A stretch of DNA of 64,000 nucleotides from Botryllus schlosseri (GCA_051294905.1 CM119372.1:8992001-9056000); one strand, 5' to 3'. Numbered from the stretch's first letter, positions 1 through 12,511 are shown. Program-made: numbers and translations. Notes: generated from the sequence alone by a model not told the origin.

Positions 1-430
1 GTTCATTTCAATATGAATAAACTATTCAATTGTACATTGATGTTCTGTACCTCCAAGAAGCTGTTCAAATAGTGGTTATTTATATCACAGTATAAAATGG
101 ATTTCATTGAGAGGTTTCAATTCCTGCATTGGGACACATTAGGGAAATACTTCGGAAATTGTTATTTCAAACGACTGTTCACTAATTTGATGAGACTGAC
201 AACTTTAAATCAAGAAGGTTTCGCAGACATTACGAAGTGACCTTGATCGACGTTACTATCTCCATATTTTTATTTTTTCCACAAACCCCAACAAAACGTC
301 TCCAAACAGCAATATGTTTGTATCAGCAGCTTATTGGATAATTGGCAATGAAAATGAATTTCCTCATCTTTCGCAAATTAAAAAATAAAATAAAAATTAG
401 GTTATCAAGCATTTTAAAAATTTAGAAGTC

Positions 431-497
431 TCGCGGACCCCCTGAAATTGTTTCGCGGACCCCTGGGGATCCGCGGCCCCCCGGTTGAGAACCGCTG
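431..497. mobile_element. Right end of a hAT (Charlie-type) MITE
   Basis: Ends in GGTTGAGAACCGCTG, preceded by repeated CGCGGACCCC subterminal motifs. Left end not identified. Confidence 0.55.
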
Positions 498-649
498 ATC
501 TACGTTGTTTCGCCACTTAGCCATAGTGGGTGTGAATTCGTTTGAAGAAAAGCTGGTGATCATTATAATTAGGTCTCCTTGTAGGCACTGGGAATATTTG
601 AGCACTCCTTAATCCAAAATCCTTAAATTATTTCGCGTATTGCGTTTAG

Positions 650-3600
650 CGTGTCATCAAGCATGCAGACGTAACGCACTTTGGACCAGGGGATCGCAAT
701 TGGGCAACTCTTCAAAAGACGGTATGTGTCATACACCGACATAGGTCAAGTATCTGAGTTGGTGTCTGAAAGTAAATCTTCACTAAAACAGCCTCTATAT
801 TTGGATCAAGTACTACGTCGTCGCAGAGACGTCCGAGCACATGATAATCAGTATGCTGACAAGCCTCCTCCGCGCAATAAGCGGCCACACTTCTTGCCCA
901 AATTGGATAACAGACCCACTTATAATTCGGACACCACAGTTCCGATAGTTAAAGGAACAAATGTAGAAAATTTTACTGATTTCGAAACTTCGAAAGCAAT
1001 TGTCTCGCCGGTGCATGATGATGACGACGACGACGATTCTCAATGGGCTAGAAATGCAATCAATGGAGCTGATTCTAAAGACATTGTTCGTTCCTATGAA
1101 GATCATATTCCATCATCCACTACAACATTCAAGAGATTGGAAGAACCCGGAACTGACAATGTTGCGTACAACCACAGAAAAACCGTAACATTCTCAAAAT
1201 TATACCTGTTACCTCCAGTGGAAAAGACCCTTACCAAACAAGACGACCACTATGATCAACCAGCCACAGCAAACCACAAACTGATGGTAGACTATTAATA
1301 ACTGTTATACTTAATTTAGTGAGAATCTCAGACATTCAATATCTCAATTCCTGCAGGTGAATAATGATCGGCATCCACGAGACAATCTGCCAGAACATGC
1401 TCCCCAGCAGCTTCCAAAGATGATGACGCTGGGCCGTCAAAGAAACTCCACAAATTATGATACAAATCAGCCACGGTGAGTTGTGTCAGCTGCTGTCTAA
1501 TATATACATACAAGTTTGAAATGTTATCCTCGATCTCATTTGGTATATATCCGATAGTGATGGAATCGCTAAAAGGTCCGGAGTTCCAGCGTCTCAATCC
1601 ACGTTTTCGCGCATTCTTCACCCCGAATCGCCGACAACTCACGCCGGTAGAAAATTACTAGCGAGTCTTCTCTCCAGAAGTAGAAAGGGGAAGAAACCAA
1701 AGTCTCTGCCTATTAATAATATCCCCGGGCCCGTGCTCTATGCAGAGGAATACCTTCGCGTTGCAGAAGGCGCTGGTCATCAATCAGATAGGGCTTTTGA
1801 ACGAGCAGGTAAACCATTTCTAAACCGGGCGCCGTACAATAAATTGCCCGGAGAAACGGTGGGCAAGCACTTTCAACACACGCACAACAATCTGTGGAAA
1901 TATATATTTACGGATGGGAGCACGCGAAGCAGGCGCGGGGCGAAATCGTACTTTCCTACAAAACGTGAACTTCAAAAAACGAACCCTGACGTTATATATA
2001 TACCTACAGGTGAGACAAATGATTGTGAGGTCATACATAATATTTCAGTAGTCAAGCGAACGCTTCCTAAATCTCTGTGGGTGATTTTTATTTTGGCAGT
2101 TATAGTTAGACTTGTTCAATCTAATAATTTTCACGGTCTCGATTCTAGCGAGTCTATTCTGGTACACCGCTTATGAAATTATGATATATTGCGAAGTGTG
2201 TCTCCGATTTTCGTGGAACGCCTTTGCAATAATACCCCAATACTACGAATTTTTCACGATCACCTAATTCAGGGGCTGCCAACTTTTTGGCTATATTCAC
2301 GGCTGCATTTCCAGTACTTATGTAGCCTACGGCTGCATTCCAGGGCAAAATCGTAATGAACTATGGATGCCAAATACCCATATTAAACTGTCCATGTCCA
2401 TTTCCGGTGAACTCCAGACTAATCTACTTTTTCATATTGGCTTACTACACCTGAGATGAGCATGGATTAGGATTAGGATTTGGAAAAAACGGATTTGTGA
2501 AATGTTGTCGGATTAGGGTTGGATTAGGATTTCAGCTTTATTTCTAAAATGGATTAGGATTGGATTTACCGATTTCTGGAGATTGATGTCCTGTGGCGGA
2601 TAGCGACAAGGTTTTTCGTCCTAACACAGTTACTTCATGTAGTTTGACGCTCATTATGCGTGTTAGTTCTTTTTACATAATTATTAGAATAAGATGTAGG
2701 CTTTATAAGAGGAATTCTAAGTTTATATCGGATTAGGATTGGAATATACAGAATTTCTGTATTAGGACTTCGATTAGGATTTGAAGTTTCAGATTTGGAT
2801 TGGATTAGGACATAGAAATTTCAAACCCGCTCATCTGTGTACTACACACACCGAAATTGTGAGTGGTCATTATATGAATAGATACGGAGTTTCGTAATAG
2901 TCGCGCGAAGCGCGGAAAATTTTCAGATTTCCGAATGATTTCGTCACTAATATTAATAGTGTCACATATTGCTATCACATATTTATCCTTTCTCAGCCCA
3001 TGAGATCAGATTCACCGCGAGAGTTGATAGAGGGAGTGCTTTCGAAAATTTAGTACAGTTATAATTATCAATGATGATGCATCTTCGGGTGGGCCGATTG
3101 TTATTGGTCACTTTGTGGCGAGTTGTTATTTCTTGAAATCCCATCAGGATTTTCGGTCTAGTGGAAATATATTGGAATCGCCCAAACGTACCAGAAACAA
3201 ATTTCTTTCATGAGGAGAACACGATTCCAAGTTGGTATTTCTATGTAGGGCGCATCATCTTCCTCTGCTGCTCGCATCTGTAGGTCTACTGTGGGGCTCA
3301 GATTGCAACGGACGCTACCATATTAAAACCGAAAAATAAAGCCGCCGTGAATCGCGCGCAGCACGAAGAAAATTGCAAGATTAATTAAAATCTCTCAGAA
3401 ATTTGGTAGCCGATTCGTAAAGTCAATTTGCCTGCCGACGGCCGCGAACACGTACTAATTGAATAACGTTCGACGGCCGCACAAATTTTCTTCCATGGCC
3501 GCAGGTTGGCCAGATGGCCACCCCTGACCTAATTGAATGGTTGATTTAATGATTTATATACTACGAGTAACACACGGATCAGCCTTCCTATCAGCCTGAA

Positions 3601-6400
3601 TAGTTTCCTATAGGTGAAACATAGTTACATTCTTACATCGTATTGCCATTGTGTCGCATTGTTTATTATGGCAGATACTAAAATACTTATTGCGCAGTGC
3701 ACAATGCGTATGCGCATGGGCATGCATGATAATGGAAACGATTCACCTGACTACATAAATTAGGCAACCATAGCTCTTCGTAGAATTGAATTCCGCCATC
3801 GTATTCCCGAACAATAGATATTGTCTGATGGAGACCCATATTCTGTGTAACCCGATCTCGTGTATGGAGGATGCACAACTGCATGTGCACTGCACAATCG
3901 CACATTCGTAATCGTCGTATGCGTATTTTCATCCGCTCAAGACTCAATTGTACAATATATTATTGCGATGTACAAGACACAATGCGATGTGATTGTGTGA
4001 TTATCTCTTACTACTATCTCTCTCTCTAGTAGTTTCCCTAAACGCATGAGTGATCTCGTCTTCTTGTTGTTGTGATTGTGCAACGTGCGTGCATGTATGT
4101 ATCAGCACCCACGTCTTGTGAGTTGTTGGAACAATAGGGATTAGGCTAGTCGATGCGACTGTTCTTTTGTATTTCAGTTTGATCATGTGCAACTTTGCAT
4201 TTATTCATAGGTTAAACACCGTAATAAATGATCAAACTGAAATACAAAAGAACAGTCGCATCGACTAGCCTAATCCCTATTGTTCCAACAACTCACAAGA
4301 CGTGGGTGCTGATACATACATGCACGCACGTTGCACAATCACAACAACAAGAAGACGAGATCACTCATGCGTTTAGGGAAACTACTAGAGAGAGAGATAG
4401 TAGTAAGAGATAATCACACATCCCCCCCAACTCCTAACGAAATCAACGAGCATTGAGTGAGGAGTTCAAAATACAGCGTGTACCCGCACCGTCTAACAAT
4501 AGACGCCAGCGCTCAGGCAGAAATGTTTCCCCGCCAGTATGGCACAAGGACTACGTTATTGGGGCACAAATTTTATGTTGATTCCCGCTTCAATCGCCAT
4601 TAGAGTATTTGGTTGGACGTTCTCTACACGCTGTATTTTGAACTCCTCACTCAATGCTCGTTGATTTCGTTAGGAGTTGGGGGGGATGTGTGATTATCTC
4701 TTACTACTATCTCTCTCTCTAGTAGTTTCCCTAAACGCATGAGTGATCTCGTCTTCTTGTTGTTGTGATTGTGCAACGTGCGTGCATGTATGTATCAGCA
4801 CCCACGTCTTGTGAGTTGTTGGAACAATAGGGATTAGGCTAGTCGATGCGACTGTTCTTTTGTATTTCAGTTTGATCATTTATTACGGTGTTTAACCTAT
4901 GAATAAATGCAAAGTTGCACAGTGATGAACATGCAGATAATAGCAGAATGTCAAAATTATTTTATATATATATATATAATTAGAACTTAAGAAATCGGCG
5001 CTTTTAATCACCATACTTAATGCGTTCTCATCAGGACGGCCCGAGGATGCCTTGTCAGTGGAAAAAGTGAAACCGGACTCGGCAATGGTACTCGCAAACC
5101 CAGTAAAGCTGAAGTATATGCATAGAAATGGAGAAGACGAGCAAGAAGTAGACAGAAGTAAAGACACATCACCCTGGGATATTGACGAGCAACTTCGAAC
5201 ACCCGAAACCGTAAAGGCCACCGTAAATCAACAGGCAATTGCCAACAGGGAAACTTTGGTTTTACACACATCAATAGACGAACATAACAACTTTTACGAA
5301 GATGGTATCAGGAGACTTCGCATCACCTTGCCTTTACTAGAAGTTGTGGCCCCGCCCAGTTCACCGATATCGTCGATTTGCACAATGTTAAATTCTGGCA
5401 GCATTGCGACAAAGTCAAATGTTTCGAATTTGGAGACGTATAATCAAGCGCAAATTAAGCACATTCAGCCGTCGCATTATGTCGCGGCACCGGTGAAGGT
5501 GATTGACTTCAAGAATAGTAAAACAGATGAAAGCAAATCTGAAGGGGCTGCCTTAAGGTCTAAAAAGTCGAATAAGTCAAAAGGCCCCGTAGCAATTCCA
5601 AAACCAGAGGGTTTGTCCAAGTCCAAAACAGCTTCGCAAACAGGAGCGATGAACAAGAAAACAAGACTTTACGCACATGGTCAGTATTTCGTTAAAGTCA
5701 AAGATACCTTAATCAGGAAAAGAAAAATCAAAATGCCGAAAGACTTAAATAACATGTTTACCAGGCCATACACATTCTCTTACTTAACCGGAGTTCAAGC
5801 GCCTTGTAAATTGACTAGCAAATTAAACTTACCTCCAGGTGTTAGGCCTGTAGCCAATACATCATCAACGAGGAAGGATAATACCGGTACAAATCTAGTG
5901 TCAGAAGTTCGCAAAATCGACTACTCGACGGATAGCAATATCCCGGAAATGATGGATGCCTCCACTCAATTTGATGCTAGCGATTCTTCTGAGGGATATC
6001 TGGATACAACAATGGAAGAGGTCGAAATGAACAATTTAAATAGTCACGCTCCTTGTGATAAACACCATGTCAAAGATCCCGAATCCTCCCTTGCAAAGGA
6101 GGGAATTTACTCATCGACACAACCAATAAAAAATTCTGGTGATGATATCAGTCTCAACTTGGCTTCAGGTACGAGCCCAGGAAATCTGATCAGAAGGGAT
6201 ATGTCACGAGATGACGAAACTGAAAAGTCCTTTCATACGACGCCTCCAAGTATAAGAGTAAGAAATTTTGTTTGAAACTTGGTAACGTATCAACCCTGCT
6301 TCAATTGATGATTTCTTTGCAGCCACTATCAGAGGGGGCTAAAGAAGCCGAAGTCAAAGATTATCGTCGGAAGGTCAAGAGTTATGACTCGTCCAAATAA
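650..6400 (+). CDS. Unassigned multi-exon protein-coding gene, Ser/Thr/Lys-rich and probably disordered; 5' end probably upstream of the window
   Basis: Phase-compatible GT-AG exon chain read by eye: 650-721, 792-1286, 1357-1475, 1558-2009, 5035-6257, 6323-6400 (TAA). It covers the long ORFs 681-1298, 1733-2176 and 5052-6275. No domain recognised. Confidence 0.6.
2270..3526. mobile_element. hAT-type non-autonomous element (intronic)
   Basis: Termini CAGGGGCTGCCA ... TGGCCACCCCTG with a perfect 8-bp TSD ACCTAATT (2262-2269 / 3527-3534). Confidence 0.8.
2451..2839. mobile_element. hAT-type MITE with GGATT subterminal repeats, nested in 2270-3526
   Basis: Termini CTGAGATGAGC ... GCTCATCTGTG, 8-bp TSD TACTACAC (2443-2450 / 2840-2847), many GGATTAGGATT units near both ends. 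Confidence 0.8.
3994..4921 (+). mobile_element. Rearranged non-autonomous Gypsy-type LTR element with three LTR copies (one inverted)
   Basis: TG...CA ends and 5-bp TSD GTGAT (3989-3993 / 4922-4926). Truncated LTR 3994-4185 (+), full 235-bp LTR inverted at 4186-4420, full LTR 4687-4921 (+, AATAAA near its end) preceded by PPT AGGAGTTGGGGGGGA. The spacer encodes RRQRSGRNVSPPVWHKDYVI. Confidence 0.88.
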
Positions 6401-6977
6401 AAATGTTAGAAATCACTCATACCGTAACACCTGTCAGGCGTCGCGTGATGCAAACTAGTCCAAGTCAGGATGTTGCATCATGTTAGGCCTATGGCTACAA
6501 TGTTGTATCGATATATATTGTTCTTGGCAATTTATTGCGCTTACCGGGCCGTATATAACTACAGCGTCTCAATCGGTCCGCTTATTGCCATGTGAATGTG
6601 TGGACCTTTGGTCAGCAGGTGGGTGGGTAGGAAGTAGGAACACCTGTTTTCAGTCAGCGCTGGGAGCCGTTTCGACTGCTTCATCTCTATTTAAGGTATT
6701 GCATATTGTGGTATTTCGATTTGATAAAATGCTAGAATTTCAAGTTCTCTGTTTGATTGTAAGGAAAGAGACTCAGATAGACCTAAACAAATGAAACAAT
6801 ATTCTGCAATTTACAAATCCACAAAAATGATAACTCGATGAGGCATCATCAAGACGCCACTATTCAGCAGCAACTAGATTGGGCCTATAAGCTTACAATA
6901 CGCCCCGATGTCACGTGTTATGTTATCATGATTGTCGTTAACACTTTGTAATCGCTGACAGGAATTAGACAAAGCTA

Positions 6978-7232
6978 CCGAGCGAGATATAGTGTAATGG
7001 TAGTGCGTCCGGCTTTTCGATCGGTAGGTCGTGGGTACGATCCCCGGCCGGGTCAGAGACCAAAGACTCGAAAACTGGTATCCGCAGCTATCCTGCTAGG
7101 CGCTCAGCAATCGCGGATAGCATGGAGGAGAAAAAAACCGGGGGTACAGACTATAGATGACCTTGCTGTAAAGGCCGTATCGCATCTCGATGGTGCAGGC
7201 GAAAAAGATTACCATCTCTCTCTCTCTCTCTC
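6978..7232 (+). mobile_element. tRNA-derived SINE, MetaSINE-like
   Basis: A box TAGTGTAATGG (~6990) and B box GGTACGATCCC (~7034). These are followed by GGGTCAGAGACCAAAGACTCGAAAACTGGTATCCGCAGCTATCCTGCTAGGCGCTCAGCA, which resembles the Meta central domain as I recall it, and a (CT)n tail. Confidence 0.75.
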
Positions 7233-7454
7233 TGAAAGATAAACCCGTTTCGTAAGACATCCATTGTTGGAAATTAGCATTTTTTCGCGGAGAGGACTAT
7301 TAGGCGCCGGCCATTCCGGCACCCGTGGACATATTAGGATCAAAGGTTTCGGCCAACATGTGGTGGCCATTTGGAGCCACAGGCCGATCCTTTCGGCTGC
7401 TCACTTCGCCGGAACTTGAAATATCATAGCGTGGAAATTGCTGTGTACCCTGTA

Positions 7455-8823
7455 GGGGAGACCGGGGACAAAACAGTTCTTGTATTTTCTAACATTACGT
7501 GTTTTTCTCGTGGATATTTCATTTCAAAAGTTTTATATAAAGAAGCGAACAACTCGATAGTTGATATAAAAACTAAAATTGAACTCAATCAACAATCAAT
7601 CATGGAAATTTTTGGGTCGCGACAATCGTCGCTTATCTGTTACACTCGCCCCGTACCCAGGGGCAATTGTAACGCCCATGCGGGGCAATTATAACGGTGT
7701 TATTTGTAACTAAAAACAAACGAAATGAACAACAAAAACGGGAGCACAAATTGTATTATTGCATTAAACTTAAAGAGAGAAGTTTGAACGCTTCCAGGCT
7801 ACGCCCCATCGCATTTTTGGCATCTGAATAAAGTATCACCCTTCGTGCCTTCTGCATGAGCTCAAAGTATACAAGAAACATGTTTATTCCATCATCTCCC
7901 ACAACTTTGGCCTCTTCTACCAAGGTGTTGTAGTTCAGCGTGCATAATGGGTTGGGTATTCAGTCACCTGCGCAGGTGCGAAACCGACCTGGCTGAAATA
8001 TCTTGGTGGAATGGGCCGATGATAGTGTAGCAAAACGAGTACGCAACTTTCTGTGGCGTCAAAACTGACGACATTCCTCTGTTCTGTACAAAATTAGAGG
8101 AAATAGTTCACACTAAATGACAAAATGTAAATGGGCCATGCTCGAAGTCAGGGGATGAGGATTCAGTCATGGGCAAGCTGTTAAGTGACCATTGAAGGTC
8201 GATACACAAAAATTCGATCAACCTGAGGAAGGGCGGAAGAATCACGGAAGTGAACGAACCCTATGATTCACATCACCACTTCTGTTTGGACTCTCCGACA
8301 GAGGATCACGTTAGAATTGGTATGGCAAGGCAGTATAAGTTCTGGTATTGAACTTCTGGCTGCTGCAAGATTCATCGGCAGTAGATAAATGGTTAGTTAT
8401 ACCAACATATGAACACAGATATTCAGCATTGAAAAGGTATTGTAACGGGACAAAAGTAACATAGTGTTACAATTGCCTCTGACACGCTCGATCATGATTA
8501 ATGTCTCAGTATGGTACCTTTCCGACGATGCGAGTTCTAGTTTTCCTATAATCACGGTAAACTATGGTAACATTGTTACAGCTATATAATTACGTTGTAA
8601 CCACTTGAGGTAGCATTCTTCTGAACAAATTATTCCAGACCAGTAAATATTTACTGAAGTGTCCAAAATTTCTTTTTTTTTTCCGAATTTTTCCGGGGTT
8701 TCGCGTCGTAGCTCAACGTAACTTCAGGTATGTTAGGAGACATAACAACCGCATGTGCACTCAAAATCTGAAGACGATTCTACTAGCGGTGAGGTCGATT
8801 GTTACATTTGCCCCAGTCTCCCC
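7455..8823. mobile_element. Tc1/mariner-pogo-type non-autonomous DNA transposon
   Basis: TIRs GGGGAGACCGGGG / CCCCAGTCTCCCC flanked by TA on both sides. Internal GGGCAATTGTAAC-like repeats (~7661, ~7683; inverted at ~8466). No intact ORF. Confidence 0.7.
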
Positions 8824-9009
8824 TACTTGTTTGATGCGGATACGGTTAGATACTCGTTGACCTTCAACGTCGTATCCATAATTCCTATCCAATACCGAAT
8901 ACCGCGTCTTTCCCTCTATCATTATTGCTGCTGTTCGTCGTTTGTTATGTAGCCTACTTCGGCTGGATAAAAAATAAAATGTCTACGCAATACGCATCCC
9001 TGGAATAGG

Positions 9010-10864
9010 ACATAAGCGGTATCAAGAGAAACTCCCGCTCTTTCGCAATTTGTACTGTACTGTTTTATCAGTTCCACTGCTCCGAAAACTTCAATGACTT
9101 CTTTACCTCGGTATCAAACGTACATGAGTACGACACACGCGCGTCCACATCGTCCAACCAGCGTGTACTCAAGTACACGCTGGTCCAACTATCACATGGT
9201 TGACAAAAAAGATAATCGCTCTATCAAATATGCCGGACCTGAGGTGTGGAACAGTATCTCGCCGGCTATCCGACAGTCGTTGAGCATGTCCATTGTCCAC
9301 ATTCAAGTCAAAATACAAGCAATTTCTGCTGAGTGAATACTAGTCAGCCCTCACCACTTACCGGACCTGATATATCGATCTCGCCTTCCGTCACTTGCCA
9401 CTTTATATTAGCTTCTTTTTACTTTCATTCAGTGTGCAACTGTGCATGCCTCCTCTTTGCATCGCCTAGACCCAGGTGGGTGGGTCAGCACTGGCGTAGC
9501 AGCATGTGCTGCCGCCCCTGGCTCTCGCTTAAAATGCCGCCCCCCTATAAGCAGACAGCAGCAAATTTCGACATAAATTGATTTTCAAGCAATCGTGTCA
9601 ATGCAAATAATTACAAATAATATGCCGCATCTCAGCCTCACTGTCTCAGCGTTAATAAGGCTAAAAATAATACAGACAAGAAATAGCGAACGAACGTATT
9701 GTGCAAATAGAAATCAATAGCCGCCTCAAAACTTGACTTGTCGGGCTGTCACTGAAGCAAAATCAGCGATAATAACTTCAAATTCAAGTTTTTGAACGTA
9801 TAGTCTCATTCTATAGACAGAATGGATAGAGCTGATAGCCGATCATCATTCATGGTAGAACGTAAATAAGACTTTTATCAGTTTGAGCTTTGAGAAGCTC
9901 CTCTCACAGCTTGCAATTGAAACACCAATGGTTAGATGAAGTTTCAGCCACGAGCATAAATATGGTGTCGAATCAAGTAGCTTTGCATTAACTAGCCACT
10001 GCTTCATACCAGCCTCTTAAATCTGTCAATTTCCACAGTTAACTCCAAAAATTCAACCTCGTCGTCATAGGTGCTTTTTAAAGCGCTGGTGAATAAATTG
10101 TGACTTTCGCTTTGCAGCAGCGCGTGGGGATTAAAAAATCCAAACATATCTTCAAGTGGTGTAGGCTATGCCGGTAAACCTGGTTTGAGCTTCAAGTTTA
10201 CTTGTCACACTTGAATACCCAGACAGTCCTACTGCTGAGCTAGCTAAAAGCAGCATAATTGGTCATGGTCATCCTATAGTTGGCCAGGCCCTCCGAGCGC
10301 TCAAATTTAACAATACTGATCTTAATCGAAAGCTATTGTTGACCTGATTCCGGAAATACAATTTAAATACTGGTCTGAAAATCGGCATTGTTCCAAATAA
10401 TCGCTCGATATAATTTCCATTATCATGGTCAATTAGTCAGTGTGTTGTGGCGCTCCGATTGTAAGGAACAATCGGCCTTGATGGCTATTTTGGAGTGGTT
10501 CCATTGCCATGTTAACATATTAATTCGTGTTTTCGGAATCAGAGCGACACTAGCTTTTGATGGAGACCAGTTTGATTAAATTTTACCTCACGGGATGCCA
10601 GCTATAGGATTACTAATGACGCTGCTTTTAGCCGGCTGTGTACACTGTGCACTGCGCAGCCTCATTTGCCGCCCCCTTGGAGCCTGCCGCCCCTGGCGCA
10701 GAGCCAGAACCGCCAAGTGCCTGCTACGCCACTGGGTGGGTGTCTGATCTTAAGTCTACTCCTAGTCGTTTCGGCATCTTCCTATCATTCATTGTATCGC
10801 AGTCTTGTGATGTTTTGAAGTGATGTAACTTTATGAATAAACTTGAACTTGAATCAATCAATCA
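9010..10864 (+). mobile_element. L2/CR1-group LINE 3' fragment, interrupted by a hAT MITE
   Basis: Degenerate ORF2 C-terminus (RSIKYAGPEVWNSISPAIRQSLS...FKSKYKQFL). The 3' UTR resumes at 10735 and ends in AATAAAACTTGAACTTGAATCAATCAATCA. Confidence 0.7.
9489..10734. mobile_element. hAT-type non-autonomous element inserted in the LINE 3' UTR
   Basis: Termini CACTGGCGTAGCAG / CTGCTACGCCACTG and GCCGCCCC subterminal motifs. GGTGGGTG occurs on both sides, with the left copy offset by 6 bp. Confidence 0.7.
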
Positions 10865-10869
10865 GGTCT

Positions 10870-11310
10870 ATTAATATTTTCATCGTTTCAAAACATCACA
10901 AGACTGCGATACAATGAAAGGATAGGAAGGTGTCGAAACAACTTGGAGTAGCCTTTAAGATCAGACACCCACCTTAGCCTAGGCGAAGTAAATAAGAGGC
11001 ATGCACACTGAATGAAAAGTAATGCAGAGAATATAAGACGCAAGCGACAAAATGAGGTGGCATGTGGCGAAGTCGATGTTAGGTCGTGGTCCGGTAATCC
11101 TGAAGACTGGCTAGTATTGATTTAGAAAAAATTGCTTGTATTTCGACTTGAATGCGGACATGCTCGACGACTGTCGGATAGCCGGCGAAATGCTGTTCCA
11201 CAATTGGGGTCCGGCATACTTGATAGAGCAATGTGTTTTCTTGTATTCAGTCTTGATCATATGGTAGTTGTTTTTCGTTGACGCGCGTGTGCTGTACTTG
11301 TGCGCTTTTG
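10870..11310 (-). mobile_element. L2/CR1-group LINE 3' fragment, same family as 9010-10864
   Basis: Reverse-complement similarity to ~9130-9480 and 10735-10830, e.g. TTCAAAACATCACAAGACTGCGATACAATG and CGACTGTCGGATAGCCGGCGA. Confidence 0.75.
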
Positions 11311-11424
11311 TCTCCTAGGTGAACCAACACACTTTGGCTAATTTCAGTCAATTTTGCCTATTTTCCCTATCAAGAGTTTTCGGGGTATTAAATCGAGAAG
11401 GAAAATCTTGAATCGTGTTACACC

Positions 11425-12262
11425 CAGTGTTGGGATCAAGTCACTACCTTCGAGTCACGAGTCATTGCACATTTTGATTGGAGTCAAGTCAAGTCAATCG
11501 ATTTTCGAAGGTGACTCGAGTCAAGTCAAGTCACTCGATTTTCGGAGGTGACTCGAGTCAAGTCAAGTGTCAAGTCACAATTCAAGTCGAATAGCCTTTT
11601 CGAAATATGAGGCATGATTGAGTAGTCATTGATTTTGAACCGATGAACGAATATAGAGTCAAATATATACGCAAGAAGGCGCTCTATCGCTCACATATAG
11701 GCCTACGTAGAACTGTTTTATTTTTATTGCATAGCCTCAGTTTATAGTTACCAGCCAAAATAGTGAAATAGAGAAACGAATTGATAAGATGCAATACATT
11801 ACCCATTTACAAATTGATATGATACAATTCGAGCCTGCGCCAATGGTTGTGCACTATATAAACTATGTTCGAATTCAATTTCCATAAAACAAGAGGTTTG
11901 GTTAAGGTAAGAAACGAGAACAGAAATACACATTTTGCTGTTAAATTACTTTACGACAAAGTAAGCTGTAAAGCTTCGATCACTTCGTTTGAGGTCAATA
12001 TATTTGTGAGAGAACAATGGAGGCTCAGTAAAACGCACGATCATCGAACGATTGGTGGCTCTCACTGGTTGTACCAGTGTTTCGCGAACATCTGCAAGAT
12101 ACAGTGATTTTTATCGACACCGATTACTTGATGACTTGAAATTGACTCGTGAATTTTGCTCCGAGTCACGAGTCAATCCACATTTCTGATACACCGAGTC
12201 AAGTCAAGTCATTTTAGCAAAGTGACTCGAGTCAAGTCATGACTCGAGTCATCCCAACACTA
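11425..12262. mobile_element. hAT-type MITE with GAGTC/AAGTC subterminal repeats
   Basis: TIRs CAGTGTTGGGAT / ATCCCAACACTA, TSD GTTACACC / GTTACATC (7/8). Confidence 0.8.
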
Positions 12263-12511
12263 GTTACATCTAACCCTATATCCTGTCCTATAATCGATAG
12301 TTTTGACCCCGCGAAGGAACCAGACTACAAACTAAAAACCAACCGAAGGCCGCACCACCCTTGTGGGTTAGAAAATTACATTAGTTTACCCTGGACATTA
12401 CCGAGAATGCAATATGTGTGTGTGCATCACGGCGTTGCCACATTCGGTATCGATTTTCAGGTATAAATTTCTCGACAACGTCCGTTACATTAAGCTAGAT
12501 TCTTGGCATTG

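Noticed and set aside
4001..4879. Three identical 61-63 aa ORFs (MIKLKYKRTVAS...) as a small multicopy gene family
   Set aside because: They are the antisense reading of the three LTR copies. Their identity comes from the repeat structure, not from coding constraint.
6978..7055. tRNA gene
   Set aside because: A and B boxes are present, but there is no convincing cloverleaf or terminator, and the sequence continues into a SINE body and microsatellite tail.
11450..11590. CRISPR-like or regulatory repeat array (also 12512-12592, 39690-39815, 61000-61130)
   Set aside because: Short tandem units without unique spacers, lying next to transposon ends in a eukaryotic genome. They are subterminal repeats.
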